DNA of 63,843 bases, the filler included, from Octopus bimaculoides (Eukaryota), in NCBI RefSeq assembly GCF_001194135.2. It is 6 parts of 6 records of this genome, joined end to end, with 100 filler letters (N's around TTAATTAATTAA, not from the genome) between each part and the next. Parts side by side here need not be neighbours in the genome. Positions count along the whole stretch, not along the records: positions 34,392 to 56,296 come from NC_068985.1; 5 more parts are not named here. One strand, written 5' to 3'. Numbering within the stretch: the first letter of the stretch is position 1; every line of letters begins with the position of its first letter. The notes beneath the pieces were generated by a model that saw nothing but the letters and a program-made list of their open reading frames with translations, was not told the DNA's origin and made no database searches. Shown one piece after another: positions 35,802 to 48,690 of the stretch. A program made the translations under genes and the position numbers.

Positions 35802-36458
35802 AGAAAATATTATCTGTCCAAATATGCTTGATGCACGTTCGAACTGGGGAACAAGCCACCCACTGCATTTTGCGACGGAGAATATATCCTGCTTGTTGAC
35901 AAATGGTGTGTATACACCTAGATCAGCTCGCAAGTCTAGGTAGGTAGCGCTGCGAGCTGATCTTGGTATTTACCAAACCGTTAATCTGTCAATCGTTAAT
36001 TAACGAAGTTAACATTTTCGTTAACGATTTAACTTTTAAGTTAACTTTAGAAATCTTTATGGAACTAATTAACTTCAGTTACATTTAACTTCCGTTAACT
36101 TCAATTCAATTGAAGTTAACGGATTTTACAGTTTTGGTACATTTTAAAGGTGTTTTTATGTGGTTATAGAGCAAAATCGTATTTTTGGATTTTTTTTCTA
36201 TAATAAAAATTAAGGTTTACCGATGAATTCCGTTACATTTTTAAAGAATTAACTGATTAACGGTTATCAAAGTTCACTTTTTGGTTAATGAATTAACGGT
36301 TAACGAAGTTAATTTTTCGATTAACGGTACCCACCATTGGTGTTTACACTCCATTTGTCAACAAGCGAGATATATTCTCCGTGATTGAACGCAGTGAGTA
36401 GCTTGTTCTCCAAATTGAACGTGCACCAAGCATATTTGTACATTGAAAATTTATTTCT
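35802..36458. mobile_element. Composite fold-back/MITE with nested inverted repeats
   Basis: About 117-bp arms at 35802-35918 and 36339-36458; 13-bp hairpin at 35920-35963; GTTAAC-rich core. Confidence 0.8.
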
Positions 36459-36623
36459 AGGATTAGTAAAGCTTTAAAGATTAACACTTTACCTGTCCAA
36501 AGTATTTCCATGTTTGTCCTAAGCGTCCGTGTTTCTTTCCCGGCTTTTAGTTGGCCTTCGATTCATACGTTCTGAGTAACATAAAGCTTTCCTTTTATAA
36601 GTCTCAAGTTACGATAATGGTTA

Positions 36624-37042
36624 CTCTCTCTTACTCTTTTACTTGTTTCAGTCATTTGACTGCGGCCATGCTGGAGCACCGCCTTTAGTCGAGCAAATCG
36701 ACCCCAGGACTTATTCTTTGGAAGCGTAGTACTTATTCTATCGGTCTCTTTTGCCGAACCGCCAAGTTACGGGGACGTAAACACAACAGCATCGGTTGTC
36801 AAGCGATGTTGGGGGGGGGGGACAAACACAAACACACAAACACATACACACACACACGCACATATATATATATATATGTACATATATATGACGGGCTTCT
36901 TTCAGTTTCCGTCTACCAAATCCACTCACAAGGCTTTGGTCGGCTCGAGGTTATAGTAGAAGACACTTGCCCAAGGTGCCACACAGTGGGACTGAACCAT
37001 GTGGTTGGTAAGCAAGCTACTTACCACACAGCCACTCCCGCG
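36624..37042 (-). mobile_element. SINE family B, full length
   Basis: Near-consensus match to 28238-28648. Confidence 0.92.
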
Positions 37043-37221
37043 CAAAAAAAAAAAAAAATGGGGATGTGAATCATATATAATGCACGAACGCCAAAGAAAT
37101 ATATCACACGTGATACACAGAACAGGCCAATGTTTTGACCTGCTGATTGCATTGTATTGCAATCAACAGGTCAAAGTATAGAAGGGCAGAATAAAGAAGC
37201 CGGTTGAAAGCGAGGCAGCAT

Positions 37222-37451
37222 TCTTTTATTTGTTTCAGTCATTTGACAGTGGCCATGCTGGAGCACCACCTTTTTGTGGAACAAATCGACCCCAGGGTTT
37301 ATGTTTTTGTAAGCCTAGTACTTATTCTATCAGAGTCTTTTGCTGAACTGCTAATGTTACGGGGACACTTTGGGCAAGTGTCTTCTACTATAGCCTCGGG
37401 CCGACCAAAACCTTGTGAGTGCATTTGGGAGACGGAAACTGAAAGAAGCCG

Positions 37452-37495
<44 letters not shown>

Positions 37496-37615
37496 TCACA
37501 AGACCGTGGTCTGACTGAAGCTCTAGTAGAAGACACTTGTCCAAGGTGCCATACAGCGGAATTGAATCCAGAGCCGTGTGGTTGGGAAACAAATTTCTTA
37601 CCATACAGCCACGCC
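37222..37615. mobile_element. Rearranged SINE family B with an inverted middle segment
   Basis: Minus 3' part, plus-strand middle at 37366-37453, (TA)n, then minus 5' part. Confidence 0.8.
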
Positions 37616-38086
37616 TGGTGACATTTATTTTTCTTTGGCAAGTTAGCAAAGCTGTATTTATCGCTCTTTATATAAGACCGTACATTTTTAAGCTTAGGCT
37701 GCGGCCAAATAATCTCCCATATTTTACATGGCCATTGCTGTGGCATCAGTGAAGTTAAGCATCACTGGTAATAGCGTCTTTATGTTTTATCGCTTTCGTT
37801 GTTTTTGTTCTTTTTGGACTAGTTTGGACTAGTGCACATCATGCGTTTACTGATGAATCTGGGGTGGGGGAATCTTTTGCAGCACTATTTGCAAATTAAA
37901 ATAATATCGGAGCAAGCAAATAGACATTAAAACAGAACTAAAGTAGATGCATATGTTTTGAGAATTCATTATGTGCAACGTTGCGTTTAACCAATTTTTA
38001 TTCGGCCGGCCAGCTATTTGCAACATCAGTGATTGTTTCCAGTTACTTTTTTCCTATATTAGCAATGACGGATTTTGTTTCAACAT

Positions 38087-38164
38087 GCAGTGGATTGTGG
38101 ATACTTACTACTGATGAGGTCCAAAGGAACAGAAATGTGCATCTAGCAATACCACCATCACTGC
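38087..38164 (+). ncRNA. Degenerate type I hammerhead ribozyme
   Basis: Stem I arm, CTGATGA, GGTCC-AAA-GGAAC, A, GAAA, TGTGCA, TC, then complementary stem I arm (about 20 bp with bulges). Confidence 0.7.
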
Positions 38165-38479
38165 TGGATGATTTTCGTCCGCTCTAGATATATTGTGTTA
38201 TTTAGCACTATACATCTCTAAGAGATACTATATTTGAACGAATACTACAATCAGTTTGGCTTTCGGTAATATATCTGCACTAAGTTCGATACACAGATTG
38301 CTATTTTATTCATTTTGAATTGTTTGAATTTACTCGAATCCGCTATAAATTTGTATTTATTTCTTATGAGTTCGGCTTGCAATGCTGCGTTTACGTGCAG
38401 ATGATGAAAGTAAAGTTTCAAACCAACGATAGCTTGTTTTATGCTAACAAGTATTGCATTTCATGAAGTGCCAAACAGA

Positions 38480-38830
38480 GAAGCAAGCGTGGGGGCCATG
38501 TAAGAAATTTACACTTGAGACTCGTATGCGTGTATTGTCTGACACTAAATAAGGTGATTCAAAATCCATTGCTGTAGCAAATGGTATTAAGAAAACAGCA
38601 TATAATTGGTAACACGGCGATCAAGTTTACCATTGATGTGTCTGTGACAAAGTCAAAACGAGAGAACATAAACATAACGAGTCATTTGTTGTGTGGTTAA
38701 GCAAATAACCGCAATTAACATTAAAGAATCTTTGCAAGCGTTCATATTCAATGTAAGGTCTAACTGTATCTCAACAGACTATAGCAAGTTCATTTACGGT
38801 CAGAATAACGGTCTTTTGATTTCCAAAACA
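38480..38830 (+). pseudogene. IS630/Tc1-type transposase N-terminal HTH remnant
   Basis: RMRVLSD..IAVANGIKKTAYNW..PQLTLKNL..GLTVSQQTI. Confidence 0.5.
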
Positions 38831-39449
38831 GATTATCCCTGCAAACTCATGAAAATTAAACTAAATTATTATTCGATAGGTAAAAGCAGCGGAAATATGG
38901 ATTGAGGAAATGATTTCATTTGTAAAATGAATTAATTTCCTACGAGAATATTTTTATTTGCTTCGATTTTATTTTAATTTATATCTGAAAAGGTGTAGTA
39001 AACTGCACCATTCATATTAATTATAGGCAGATCGAGAGAGAAGTTACACGACTGGAACACCTTTTGGTTATAAATCTTCTCGGTCGGGTTGAACTGGGGT
39101 GAAAGAATAAAATCTGACGAAGCAGATTTGTTGATTACTCAACAGCATCTTTTAAACATTCGCCCCGCCCCCATCTTTTGAATTTGGGAGGATTGTATCT
39201 TTACACACAAAATGATTCCATACAATTGGTCCACGCTAGGGGTAGCTGAATTTATTAAATTTTGTTATGGCATAACTGTTACATTTCAATGTTTCTCTAG
39301 AAGACTTCGTCAGATATTTGTAAATATTCTTTATAAATTTTTCCTGAACACATATTGGTGTAGAATTGTGATAAACTTTAAACATTAGTCCTAAGGGAGC
39401 AGCCAAATTTATTTCATAAATATTTAGTATTTTATTATCAAGTATTATC

Positions 39450-40990
39450 GAGTGGGATCCTTTGGGAGCCTTTGATATAATCTTGACTGCACGTTCTTGT
39501 AAAGTATGAGGTTTACTTAAATTTGACTTCTTGACACTAGTACTTTTCTTCCTTATGTCTTCAATTCCATATCAACAGAGAGACAACCGATGTAAACATC
39601 AAGTTGCGATGTCTTCCTCTCTCAGAAAGTTGATATTATTCCCCTTCAAAAAATGTTTCAACAAGTCTCTGAGCTACTTGTTTATTTCCTTTTTAATCTC
39701 CAACCATGTGTTGTCCATGATGTGGATGAGATGTGAGTCAGATATATATTTGATACAGTATCTCACTTGACATCTATATTGTATGGATTCAATGCTGTTG
39801 GTGTGAGTTCAGTGGACGAGCTCTATGCACATAATTCTATCTCCCCAGGTGATACAAAGGTGTTTTTGAAACACAAGCTGTTAAAGACTCCAGAATTTTA
39901 ATGTGCCAATTGTTTGTGGTCAAGGTCTCACATTCATAGAGAAAATTAAAACCATGGACTATCTAACAGAGAAACTTCTCGTGATCACTGTCAAGGTCGT
40001 TTAGAAAGATTATCTGAGCCTACCAACGAATATAGAAGCCCGTCTAATGTGGCTTAAAATTTTCCCATTGAAGAGAGATGGTGAATGCATCTATAGTACC
40101 CGACCTCAGCAATAAAAATGGGATTTCTCCGCACACCAGAACTTTCATAGAGCTAGGCATTTGAGCTTAATGATTGGTTTATTGTTGTTCAAAGACCTGT
40201 TCTGTTATGAGTTTGTTAGTGCCCTGCTGTCTTCTGTTATTGAGAGAGTTCTTGTCCACCATCCAATCGAAGACTGATTTCTGCCAGCCTTTCCTTCTTT
40301 CTGCGTAACTAGTCATGCAGATAAGGAAGATATTCAATATTACAGGAGACAACAGGAGCAGCCCTACATACAAGGCCATTCTCTCTGTATGGAAATAACG
40401 GAGAAAATTCACGAATTTTGGTGGGCAACCAAACTTATTGAGAACAACTAAGAAATTCGTTGTTTATCGTGTCAAAAGTCTTAGACAGGTTCACAAATGC
40501 AAGGAACAGATCCCGGTGTTGTTTCCTGTATTTTTCTTCATGCTTGTGACGAATGTCACATCGACTGCCTCGGCCTTTGCGATAGCTGCACTATAAATGC
40601 TGTAACGTTTTCTAAATATTGATTGGACCAGCCTTTTTACTATAGTCTTTATCAGAACTTTTCCAGCAATGAGCGGATGTTCTGTACCCCAAATATTGAA
40701 GAAAACAGATTCGTTTCTTTTTTATATAGACAGTGACGATGTTATCAACCTTTCACTGTTGAGGAATATACACCTAGTTCCATAATTCTGTTTAGATGTA
40801 AACATCCTCTTCTAAGATCTCTGCAGAAATGATGTTCATCCCAGGATATTTTTGGCACACAGTAACATACATATTTGTAAATGGCTGTGTAGGGGCCTTT
40901 GTACATAACCTTTTATGTAAAAATAAATTTGAGTCTTCTGGTATGTATGAATGGATGAATGAACTTTGATACAATCCTTTCTTTTAGAAT
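39450..40990 (-). mobile_element. Old RTE LINE (RT, thumb, C-terminus)
   Basis: PGMNIISAEIL; SIAGKVL; QHRDLFLAFVNLSKTFDTIN; KFGCPPKFVN; QGC-LLSPVILNIF; WGDRI..TNSIES. Confidence 0.8.
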
Positions 40991-42615
40991 GCTTTCATTT
41001 AAGGTTTACTAAGATGATCGAATTTACAAGAGTTAACATGAACTTCTATTTTGTGTGTGACCGATGCGCTTTTATAGAAATATATGACTAAGTATGTTTG
41101 TACAAATTGATAAGTACATCTATACGTTTGTATTCGTACAGCTATTATGTATTATAACATTTAAACATTTGTCTTCAATATATAAACTATCTTGTTGGCA
41201 AAAAATGGGTTGTTTATAAATTTTATCTCAGCACATTTAAATGGAAACGCATTTTAAAAATTCCTTCAGACGTAAAAGATACTTCCATCTTGTTCAGAAG
41301 CTTATCTGCTGTTTTTCTACATTTCTTTCTTCAAATGTGAATTTGATATTTAGATGTTATCTTCATCAACATTTTAATCATTCTTGAGCTTTTTCCGTGT
41401 CAAGTGTAACAGATAAACTATGATCCGTAGTTGGCATTCTAATCCTTGATAACTAATATTCGAATGATCTACAGATGGCAGAAGAAACCTGCGTAAATTC
41501 TAAATCTTCTCATGTTTCTAAATCCAGTTTACTGTACTATTTACGGGCATCGAGTTATCAAGTATTTTGTGCTGCTATTTAATCATTTCTGTCTGTATTT
41601 TGCCTTTTTTTAAAATTCTTTTCTCTAAACTTTGTTTGCCTCATTCAACGATCTTAACAAGTGCCTTTGAAGAAAGCGACTGTCTCTTTGTATTTAAAGA
41701 CGTTTTGTTGTTAAATGTCATATGTAGATATTGTAATTGTCTACTTATACTTAACATTGTTGTTATAAGAACATAAAGGGCCTAGATGACTTAGAGGTTT
41801 CGGGGTGAGTACCGAGCGACATTAGAACCAACTATAAGCTAAAGAATGATGAGTCAATGACTCATAAAGGTTGTACTTCTGTTGTATGTTTGGTTAGGTT
41901 TGCATCATGAATAAACAATGACTTCTGGGAGGTTATTCTAATGTTTCTACTTTGATGAAGAACGATTTCAGCTAGATATCTAGGCTGTCCCAAAACTAAT
42001 GCCCGATTTCTAGTTAAATGTGCATTCAATATTATACACAAATTGGGAGTTACTTTTGGGACGTCCAGTAGTATGTGAATAAAATATTTCTGCTGCGGTT
42101 GCTGTTGCCATAGGTAATTCCAGATTAGATCGTCAGTTTTGATAAGATTTTATTGTTTAACCTTGGCTCAGCTCCGATCGAGTAGACTTATAATCAAAGG
42201 TGTTCTAGCCATGAGATAGTCATGGCTATCTCGTCTTCTTTCAGCCAAAGATTATGTAAGAGTATTTCCGTTTTTAAGAAGGTTAGTATGTAATTTCTTG
42301 CAGGTCAAGAGGCAGATTTCAGTCGACATATAACTTCTTATTGAGAAACATTTTAAGTATGCCTAGGCATATTAATCTCCACCTTAATTAACAGAAATAA
42401 AGAAATCAAATGTAAATTCAGTCCATCTAGCCGTTGTTTAGCCCCAAGTTACCTCTGAAAAAGTTGCTCTGCATTCGATTTCTTCTTGGCATTGAACCTA
42501 GCACCACATCTAAAGTGTCCTTTCTTCTCTTGAAAGTATGGTATTTGATGAATATTCAGCTGTTATTTCAATCCGGTCGAAGGACCATAGAACTTCTTTC
42601 GTTGAAACACACACG

Positions 42616-42616
<1 letters not shown>

Positions 42617-42684
<68 letters not shown>

Positions 42685-42686
42685 CC
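42617..42686 (+). repeat. (TC)n microsatellite
   Basis: Direct reading. Confidence 0.95.
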
Positions 42687-43719
42687 TCTACCAATAATTA
42701 ATATTCTCGCTGGAAATTAATTTATTTTCCAAATGAAATCATTTCCTCAATCCATGTTTCCGCTGCCTTTATCTAACGAATAATAATTTAATTTAATCTT
42801 CATGAGTTTGTGGGGATAATCTGTTTTGGAAAAACAAAAGACTGTTATTCTGACTGTAAATGCACTTGCCATTTTTAGCAACATTAGAACGTTTTAAAAT
42901 TTGTAAATAAAATTTAAAAAATGACTTTGCATAAATGTTCCTCTTACAGGCCGTGATGAAAAAGACGATAAATTTTTACAATAATCCTTTTCGATGGCCT
43001 CTCCAGCCTGAATAGTGTGCCTTTTCAATAATGAAAAATAAAATTTCATTCCATTCCCATGAATTTTTTATTGTCTTCTTTTTTAATGCAACTTTTTTAT
43101 TATTTTAATTTGATATACAGCCAGTGAGATAAAAAGGAAGTAAAAAAAAAAAAAAGTACTGAACACTAACAACAGAAGCGAGGTAAGAGGCCTGCGCCTA
43201 TTGTTGATATCGCTTTCCAGAATATCTGCAGTTATTATCAGAACGTTAAAGAAATTCAACACGGTATCTATAAAGCTATTTGCACTTTTAAACAAACAAG
43301 GATTTTAATAGAAATACGATCTTAAATTATTTCTGGATTATTCAGGAGATGGGGCTGAGGACATGAGCTTCGCTGGCCCTCAATGACTGGTGACCTATAT
43401 GGCTTTAACACTTTGTCTATCACAGGAGTTAGTGGTGACTATCAACGTTGATGTTTTTTTTTATGGAGTCTTGCATAACTGTGGTTCAAACAACATTATT
43501 CGAATTTTACGAAATGTACGGAACTCAATTATCATAAGGGTGTAAATCACCGTTATCATCACCATTGTAGTTCTGCCTTCCATAGAATATTTTCTGCGGA
43601 AATGGAAGCCATTAAAGCTTGTATTATATGAAATACGATCTGTAGAAAAATCATAAATAAATATAAAAGAAATTCATAAATGGGGGTATAATAGACATTT
43701 GAACACTTTTAAACTTGTG

Positions 43720-43787
43720 TCATTGTTAACTCCCGCAGTATAGAATGAATAATAATATTTGTTCTATACCGCGGGAGTCACCGATGA
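43720..43787. repeat. 68-nt hairpin (26-bp arms)
   Basis: TCATTGTTAACTCCCGCAGTATAGAA / TTCTATACCGCGGGAGTCACCGATGA. Confidence 0.85.
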
Positions 43788-43879
43788 TACTCAGGCTGTA
43801 AAACAATATGGTGGCTTCGTGAACTAGAACATATGTATGGTTTAAAAGGCTTTTTTTTTAAATGCATAATTTATAATAA

Positions 43880-44330
43880 AATTAGATGGCTGGTGCAAAA
43901 GAAAATACGGTGCAAAAGAAAATACAGCGTAAAATGGGCTGCTGGGTAGATAAAATGATGATATTCTACTGTAATTCGACGTCTCTGGAAATTTGTCAGT
44001 TGGAGGAGATTGTTGAAGGTTAACTTTTTGTGGAGGAAATAATTTGGAGAACTGGTTAGAGTGGAGCCTAGGGAGTAAACCATTACGAAGTAATGAAAGA
44101 AGAAAAGACAAATGTTTTGTGTGGATTTGGAAGCATGTGGGATGCCACTAGTTAATTTAGACGGATAAAGGCTGTAAAAGAGCGATACAAGAAACAGAGA
44201 ATAGATAAGACACGTCTGTGGACGACGTAAATCGATATCCTACCTCACAGTGTATATCTGATGGGAAAATGTTGAGAAATCGATCACCTAGAAATTATTC
44301 ATAGGTGTAAACAAGTTCATGATCAATCAA
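43880..44330 (-). pseudogene. Possible CR1/L2 endonuclease remnant
   Basis: CFLYRS and TFNNLLQLTNF-like segments; very decayed. Confidence 0.3.
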
Positions 44331-44449
44331 ATACAATTTAAGTAAAAACTAAAACCTTTGTGAAAGCTTCAAAACCCGAATAAACAAAAAGAATATGTGT
44401 GAAATACGAAATGAAACACCCAAGTGAGAAGACTTCGTCTCCCTTTCTT

Positions 44450-45095
44450 TCTCTTACTTGTTTCAGTCATTGGAGTGGAGCAATGCTGGGGCATCACCCT
44501 TCAGGGTATTTTGTCGAATAAATTGACCCATTATTTTTTACATTTTTTTTTTAATATATAAATCTGGTACTTTATTTCAGCCGTCTCTTTTGCCGAAACG
44601 CTATGTCATAANNNNNNNNNNNNNNNNNNNNNNNNNNNNNNNNNNNNNNNNNNNNNNNNNNNNNNNNNNNNNNNNNNNNNNNNNNNNNNNNNNNNNNNNN
44701 NNNNNNNNNNNNNNNNNNNATATATAAAGATAAAGAGAGTGCTGTAAGTAAGTATTTATATTTATACATACACACGCTAATACACGACTTATAATCCCCA
44801 ATCCTGTTCATACAACGAGTGGGGCAAAACTAGTCGGTATACAACACTTACTCGGTATTACCTGTATCTTTTTGGGTTTGGTTAAATCCAATACCCTCCT
44901 CAACCTTGTATATATATATATATATATATATATATGAATTTGGTTGACAGTTTCCGTCTACCAATTTCATTCACATGGCTTTGGTAGTCCCAGGACTAAA
45001 GAAGAAACTTGTCCAAGATATCGCACTGTGAGACTGAACCCCAAACCTCGTGGATGCAAAGCGAGTTTCTTAACCACACAGCCATGCTCGCGCTA
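44450..45095 (-). mobile_element. SINE family B split by a gap and an insertion
   Basis: 3' part at 44450-44610, 5' part at 44905-45095. Confidence 0.7.
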
Positions 45096-47019
45096 TGAAT
45101 AAAAGTTTAATGACCCAAAGACAGTAACTAGGTTTCGATTCTGGCTTAAAACTAAATCATTTCATTTATGAATGAAAATATAAAAATTATAAATTGGGAA
45201 AACTGAACCGAGATTAACTGCCTGGAATGGCATTTTAAACAAGTATTTGATACTAAATTAAGGTAACAAGTAGCTAAAATAATTCATTAGCTTTAACCTT
45301 TTGCCTGTCCTGCGCATCACGTGATACACAGGATATATTTCCCTGGAGTCCATATATCATATATACTTGCCCTATTTTTATCAAATACCGAAGTAACTTG
45401 GGACTTATGAAAGGAAGGCTTTAAATTACTCAGAACATATGAAACAAGGACCAGCTAAAAGCTGAAAATATGCATAAACGTTCAAGACTGACTTATGAAT
45501 TTTGGCCAGGAAAACAGTTAGAAACTTATGAACATGTTTCAGCGAATCATATTCAACGACTGCGAATATTTTAATAGTGATTTGGTGTTACGGAAAGTAT
45601 TTCAGAGAATATGAGTTAACCTTAGTTACAGATCATTGCCAAAAAACACTTTTTACATTGTGACCAGATGTGAAAACAACAATATTGGATTCAAATTTTG
45701 GCACGAGGCCAGCAATTTCTAGGAAGGATCAAATCAATTATATCGACTCCAGTGTTTAACTGGTACTTATTTTATCGCACTCGGAAAGGATGAAAAGGAA
45801 AGTCGACCCNNNNNNNNNNNNNNNNNNNNNNNNNNNNNNNNNNNNNNNNNNNNNNNNNNNNNNNNNNNNNNNNNNNNNNNNNNNNNNNNNNNNNNNNNNN
45901 NNNNNNNNNATATATATATATATACACTCACATACATGTACATACATACCTATATATAAATAGACGATCGAAAGCAAACCTACAAGTGAATCAATGTTAT
46001 ATTGATACTCCCCCGCCTTATTACGGGAACTGTTCTCATATATCTATTTGAGTTTGTTCGCTATTAATAAACGAACACAAGATTGTTACCTGCCGGTTCT
46101 CTTCTAGAAGAGGGCCGTGAATACACAATGTCGCGCCTCACCTCTGGAAGCCTCAAATGTCTTTCATATATCGCTCTATCGTAAATACATTTCCTACAAT
46201 TCATTCATCTATTTCTCGTCAATAAAGAAAAAGTTGTTTTAGTATTGATAGAATGGGTTAGTTGCTATGATGACTGAACCGATTTGAATCAGAATCTAAC
46301 ACATACGCGCATTCTCACATACATACACAGATATATTCACGCACGCACGCACGCCGCACTCGCGCGCTTATATTCTTGTGTAAACTCACCACTTCTGAGA
46401 AACATTGTTGTTTAGTCCACTTTTGTTTTTAGGATTATATAAAACAACATTACCCAATGTGTAATCTCCTTATTCATATTTATGAAGGGTGTGAGTTTGT
46501 GGAGATTTGGCTGCCATGTCTTGCAGGTTGAGCGACCTAATATATGCTCCTTCGTTGGCTCTTTCTGAGAAACACTTAATCTACTTCTGCTGCTGCTGCT
46601 GCTGCTGTTGTTGTTGTTGTTGTTTAGCCCCAGGTTAACCCTGGCAGAACTGATTTGTCATTGTTTAACCCCAAGTCAAAGCTGTTCGAACCAGCAATTG
46701 TCTTGACTACAACGAAGACAATATTTCTTTGTGCTTTTGAAATCAGGTCTATAAAAAGGGGCAATACCAATGGCATTCACATGTCTCTTCAAAGTTCTGC
46801 GGTCGAAGGGGTGATGCTTCTTTTGAACATCTGAAAGTTATCTATTGTAACGAACAAAAGCAAAGAACAACACCTGGACGAACGACATTCATTTGGTTGA
46901 CGTCTGAGCAACTGTTTCAACTTTGTGATCGTCAAGCAAAGAATTGCAAATGAATTTCAGCAGACGAGAACTGTGAGACAGCTCGTCATTGTGATGTTCA
47001 TATGTTTTGGGGCACGAGA

Positions 47020-47660
47020 ATTAATCCAAAGTGGAAAAGTTTAAGTAACTCGGTGCTGTTACTCATGAGTAATGGCAAGCAAGAAACTGAACTGGATGCT
47101 AGAATTGCAGATACTGGCACATTATGCCAGCTCCAGGATTCGATCTTCAGAAGAGGAGAGGTTAGTAAAAAAAAAAAAAGAAAATTATAAAACCAAAATT
47201 ATCTACATTTCGTTTCTATGCCTGTTCTCACTTATAGCCATAAATGTCGGGTAATGACCGAAAGATTACGATCACGCATACAAGCGACCGAAATGAGGTT
47301 CCTCCGAAAGATCTGTAGGGTAACTCTATTCGAGAGAGTACGTAATTCGGAGATCAGGAAGTATTTTCATGTCTAACCGTTACTTCTCCACTTTGAAAGG
47401 TCACAGCTCCGGCTTTATGGACATATAGTTAGAATGTTGCCGGAAAGACTTACATGACGGATTCTCCAAGCCGAGCCAACCGACAGGAGTTTTAGGGGTA
47501 GACCAAGAACAAGATGGTTGGATAATAACCATAGTCTCATTTGGTTACGCTTGGAAATCCTGCCGGAAAGTGTAATGAGGTTTGCTTCTGATAGGGCTCT
47601 ACGAAAAGAGTGCCTGAGGACTCTATTCCTTCGATCCTCCTAGAATAGTGGGCAGAGAAG
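47020..47660 (+). mobile_element. RTE (Expander-like) LINE 3' fragment
   Basis: VEKFK(Y)LG; RSRIQATEMRFLRKI; VRNSEIR; SQLRLYGHIVRM; RGRPRTRW. Confidence 0.88.
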
Positions 47661-47989
47661 ATAGGTGGGCGGTAGACTTTATCGAATGGTTTAATATCAC
47701 CCCCGCCAATTATTCCTGTGTACCTTTACTGGAGTTTACTCTGTCACTTGTAACTGGATCATGTCTCTCGTAAGCCAATGACTTGTTCCCTTCAACCAAC
47801 CAATCTTATCGACGCTGTAAAAGGTCATGGGAGTCACCCTTCTTTTTCTGATTAAACCTTAAAACAAAACAGTAAATTAAACTGTCTGAATACTACTTAG
47901 TTACAACTACTCAATACACATTCATATACAGCTCAATACTCCTGTCAGTCGACTGATTGGAGCTCCACCAATTTTATGATAGTTACTTC

Positions 47990-48330
47990 TTGCAGCATAC
48001 GTACCTCATTCCTAACAGATCAAAAACAGCTAGTACTCTGTGGAAAAGTTTTAGATATGTAGTTTATTGGGTTTGTGGGAAATGCTTGCATCAACTTTCT
48101 ACTATCAGCATTTCCACTACAATAATGGCCTCTGCTCCTCGGAGCTGATTGAGATCATACCACTTCCATTCAGGATCGTCAGTCACACTCGTCTCTCTCT
48201 TTTTCCCATTAACTTTGTTGCTTTTTCATGAATCCCTACACCCAATCCTTCCTTCTTACTGATCACATCGGCCTTCTTCGTTCATTTTCCTGCAAGCGTT
48301 TACTTGCAATAATGCAAGAGGAACATTAAT
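47990..48330 (+). mobile_element. CR1-clade LINE 3' fragment (a second at about 48880-49090)
   Basis: YNNGLCSSELIEIIP; second copy YYNDLCPLDLTGFAP. Confidence 0.5.
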
Positions 48331-48493
48331 AACACAAATCTTGCTGATCCTAGGGAATCAGAGAAATCGAAGAGCACTGTCCCTTCCTGCAGCCCAAGCA
48401 AGTAGAAAAGTGCATATCCAACACAAAATATTCACAAGTTCTATGAATAGAAACTATAATATCTTTCATAATAATCAAGTCTCAACAAACAAT

Positions 48494-48690
48494 TCTTTTC
48501 TACTCTAGGCACAAGGCCCGAAATTTTGGGGGAGGGGGCCACAACCCCAGTACGCATCTGGTACTTAATTTATCGACCTCGAAAGGATGAAAAGCAAAGT
48601 CGACCTCGGTAGAATTTGAACTCAAATCGTAAAGACAATCGAAATGCCTCTAAGCATTTCGCCCGGCGTGCTAACGTTTCTGCCAGCTCA
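48494..48690 (-). mobile_element. SINE family A with 14-bp TSD
   Basis: TCTCAACAAACAAT at 48480-48493 and 48691-48704. Confidence 0.93.

Noticed and set aside
35277-35936. Exact 325-bp direct duplication
   Set aside because: The copies look identical and flank a 10-N gap; most likely unmerged overlapping contig ends
41260-41760. Decayed coding-like minus-strand stretch, possibly a hAT transposase
   Set aside because: No diagnostic motif could be read with confidence
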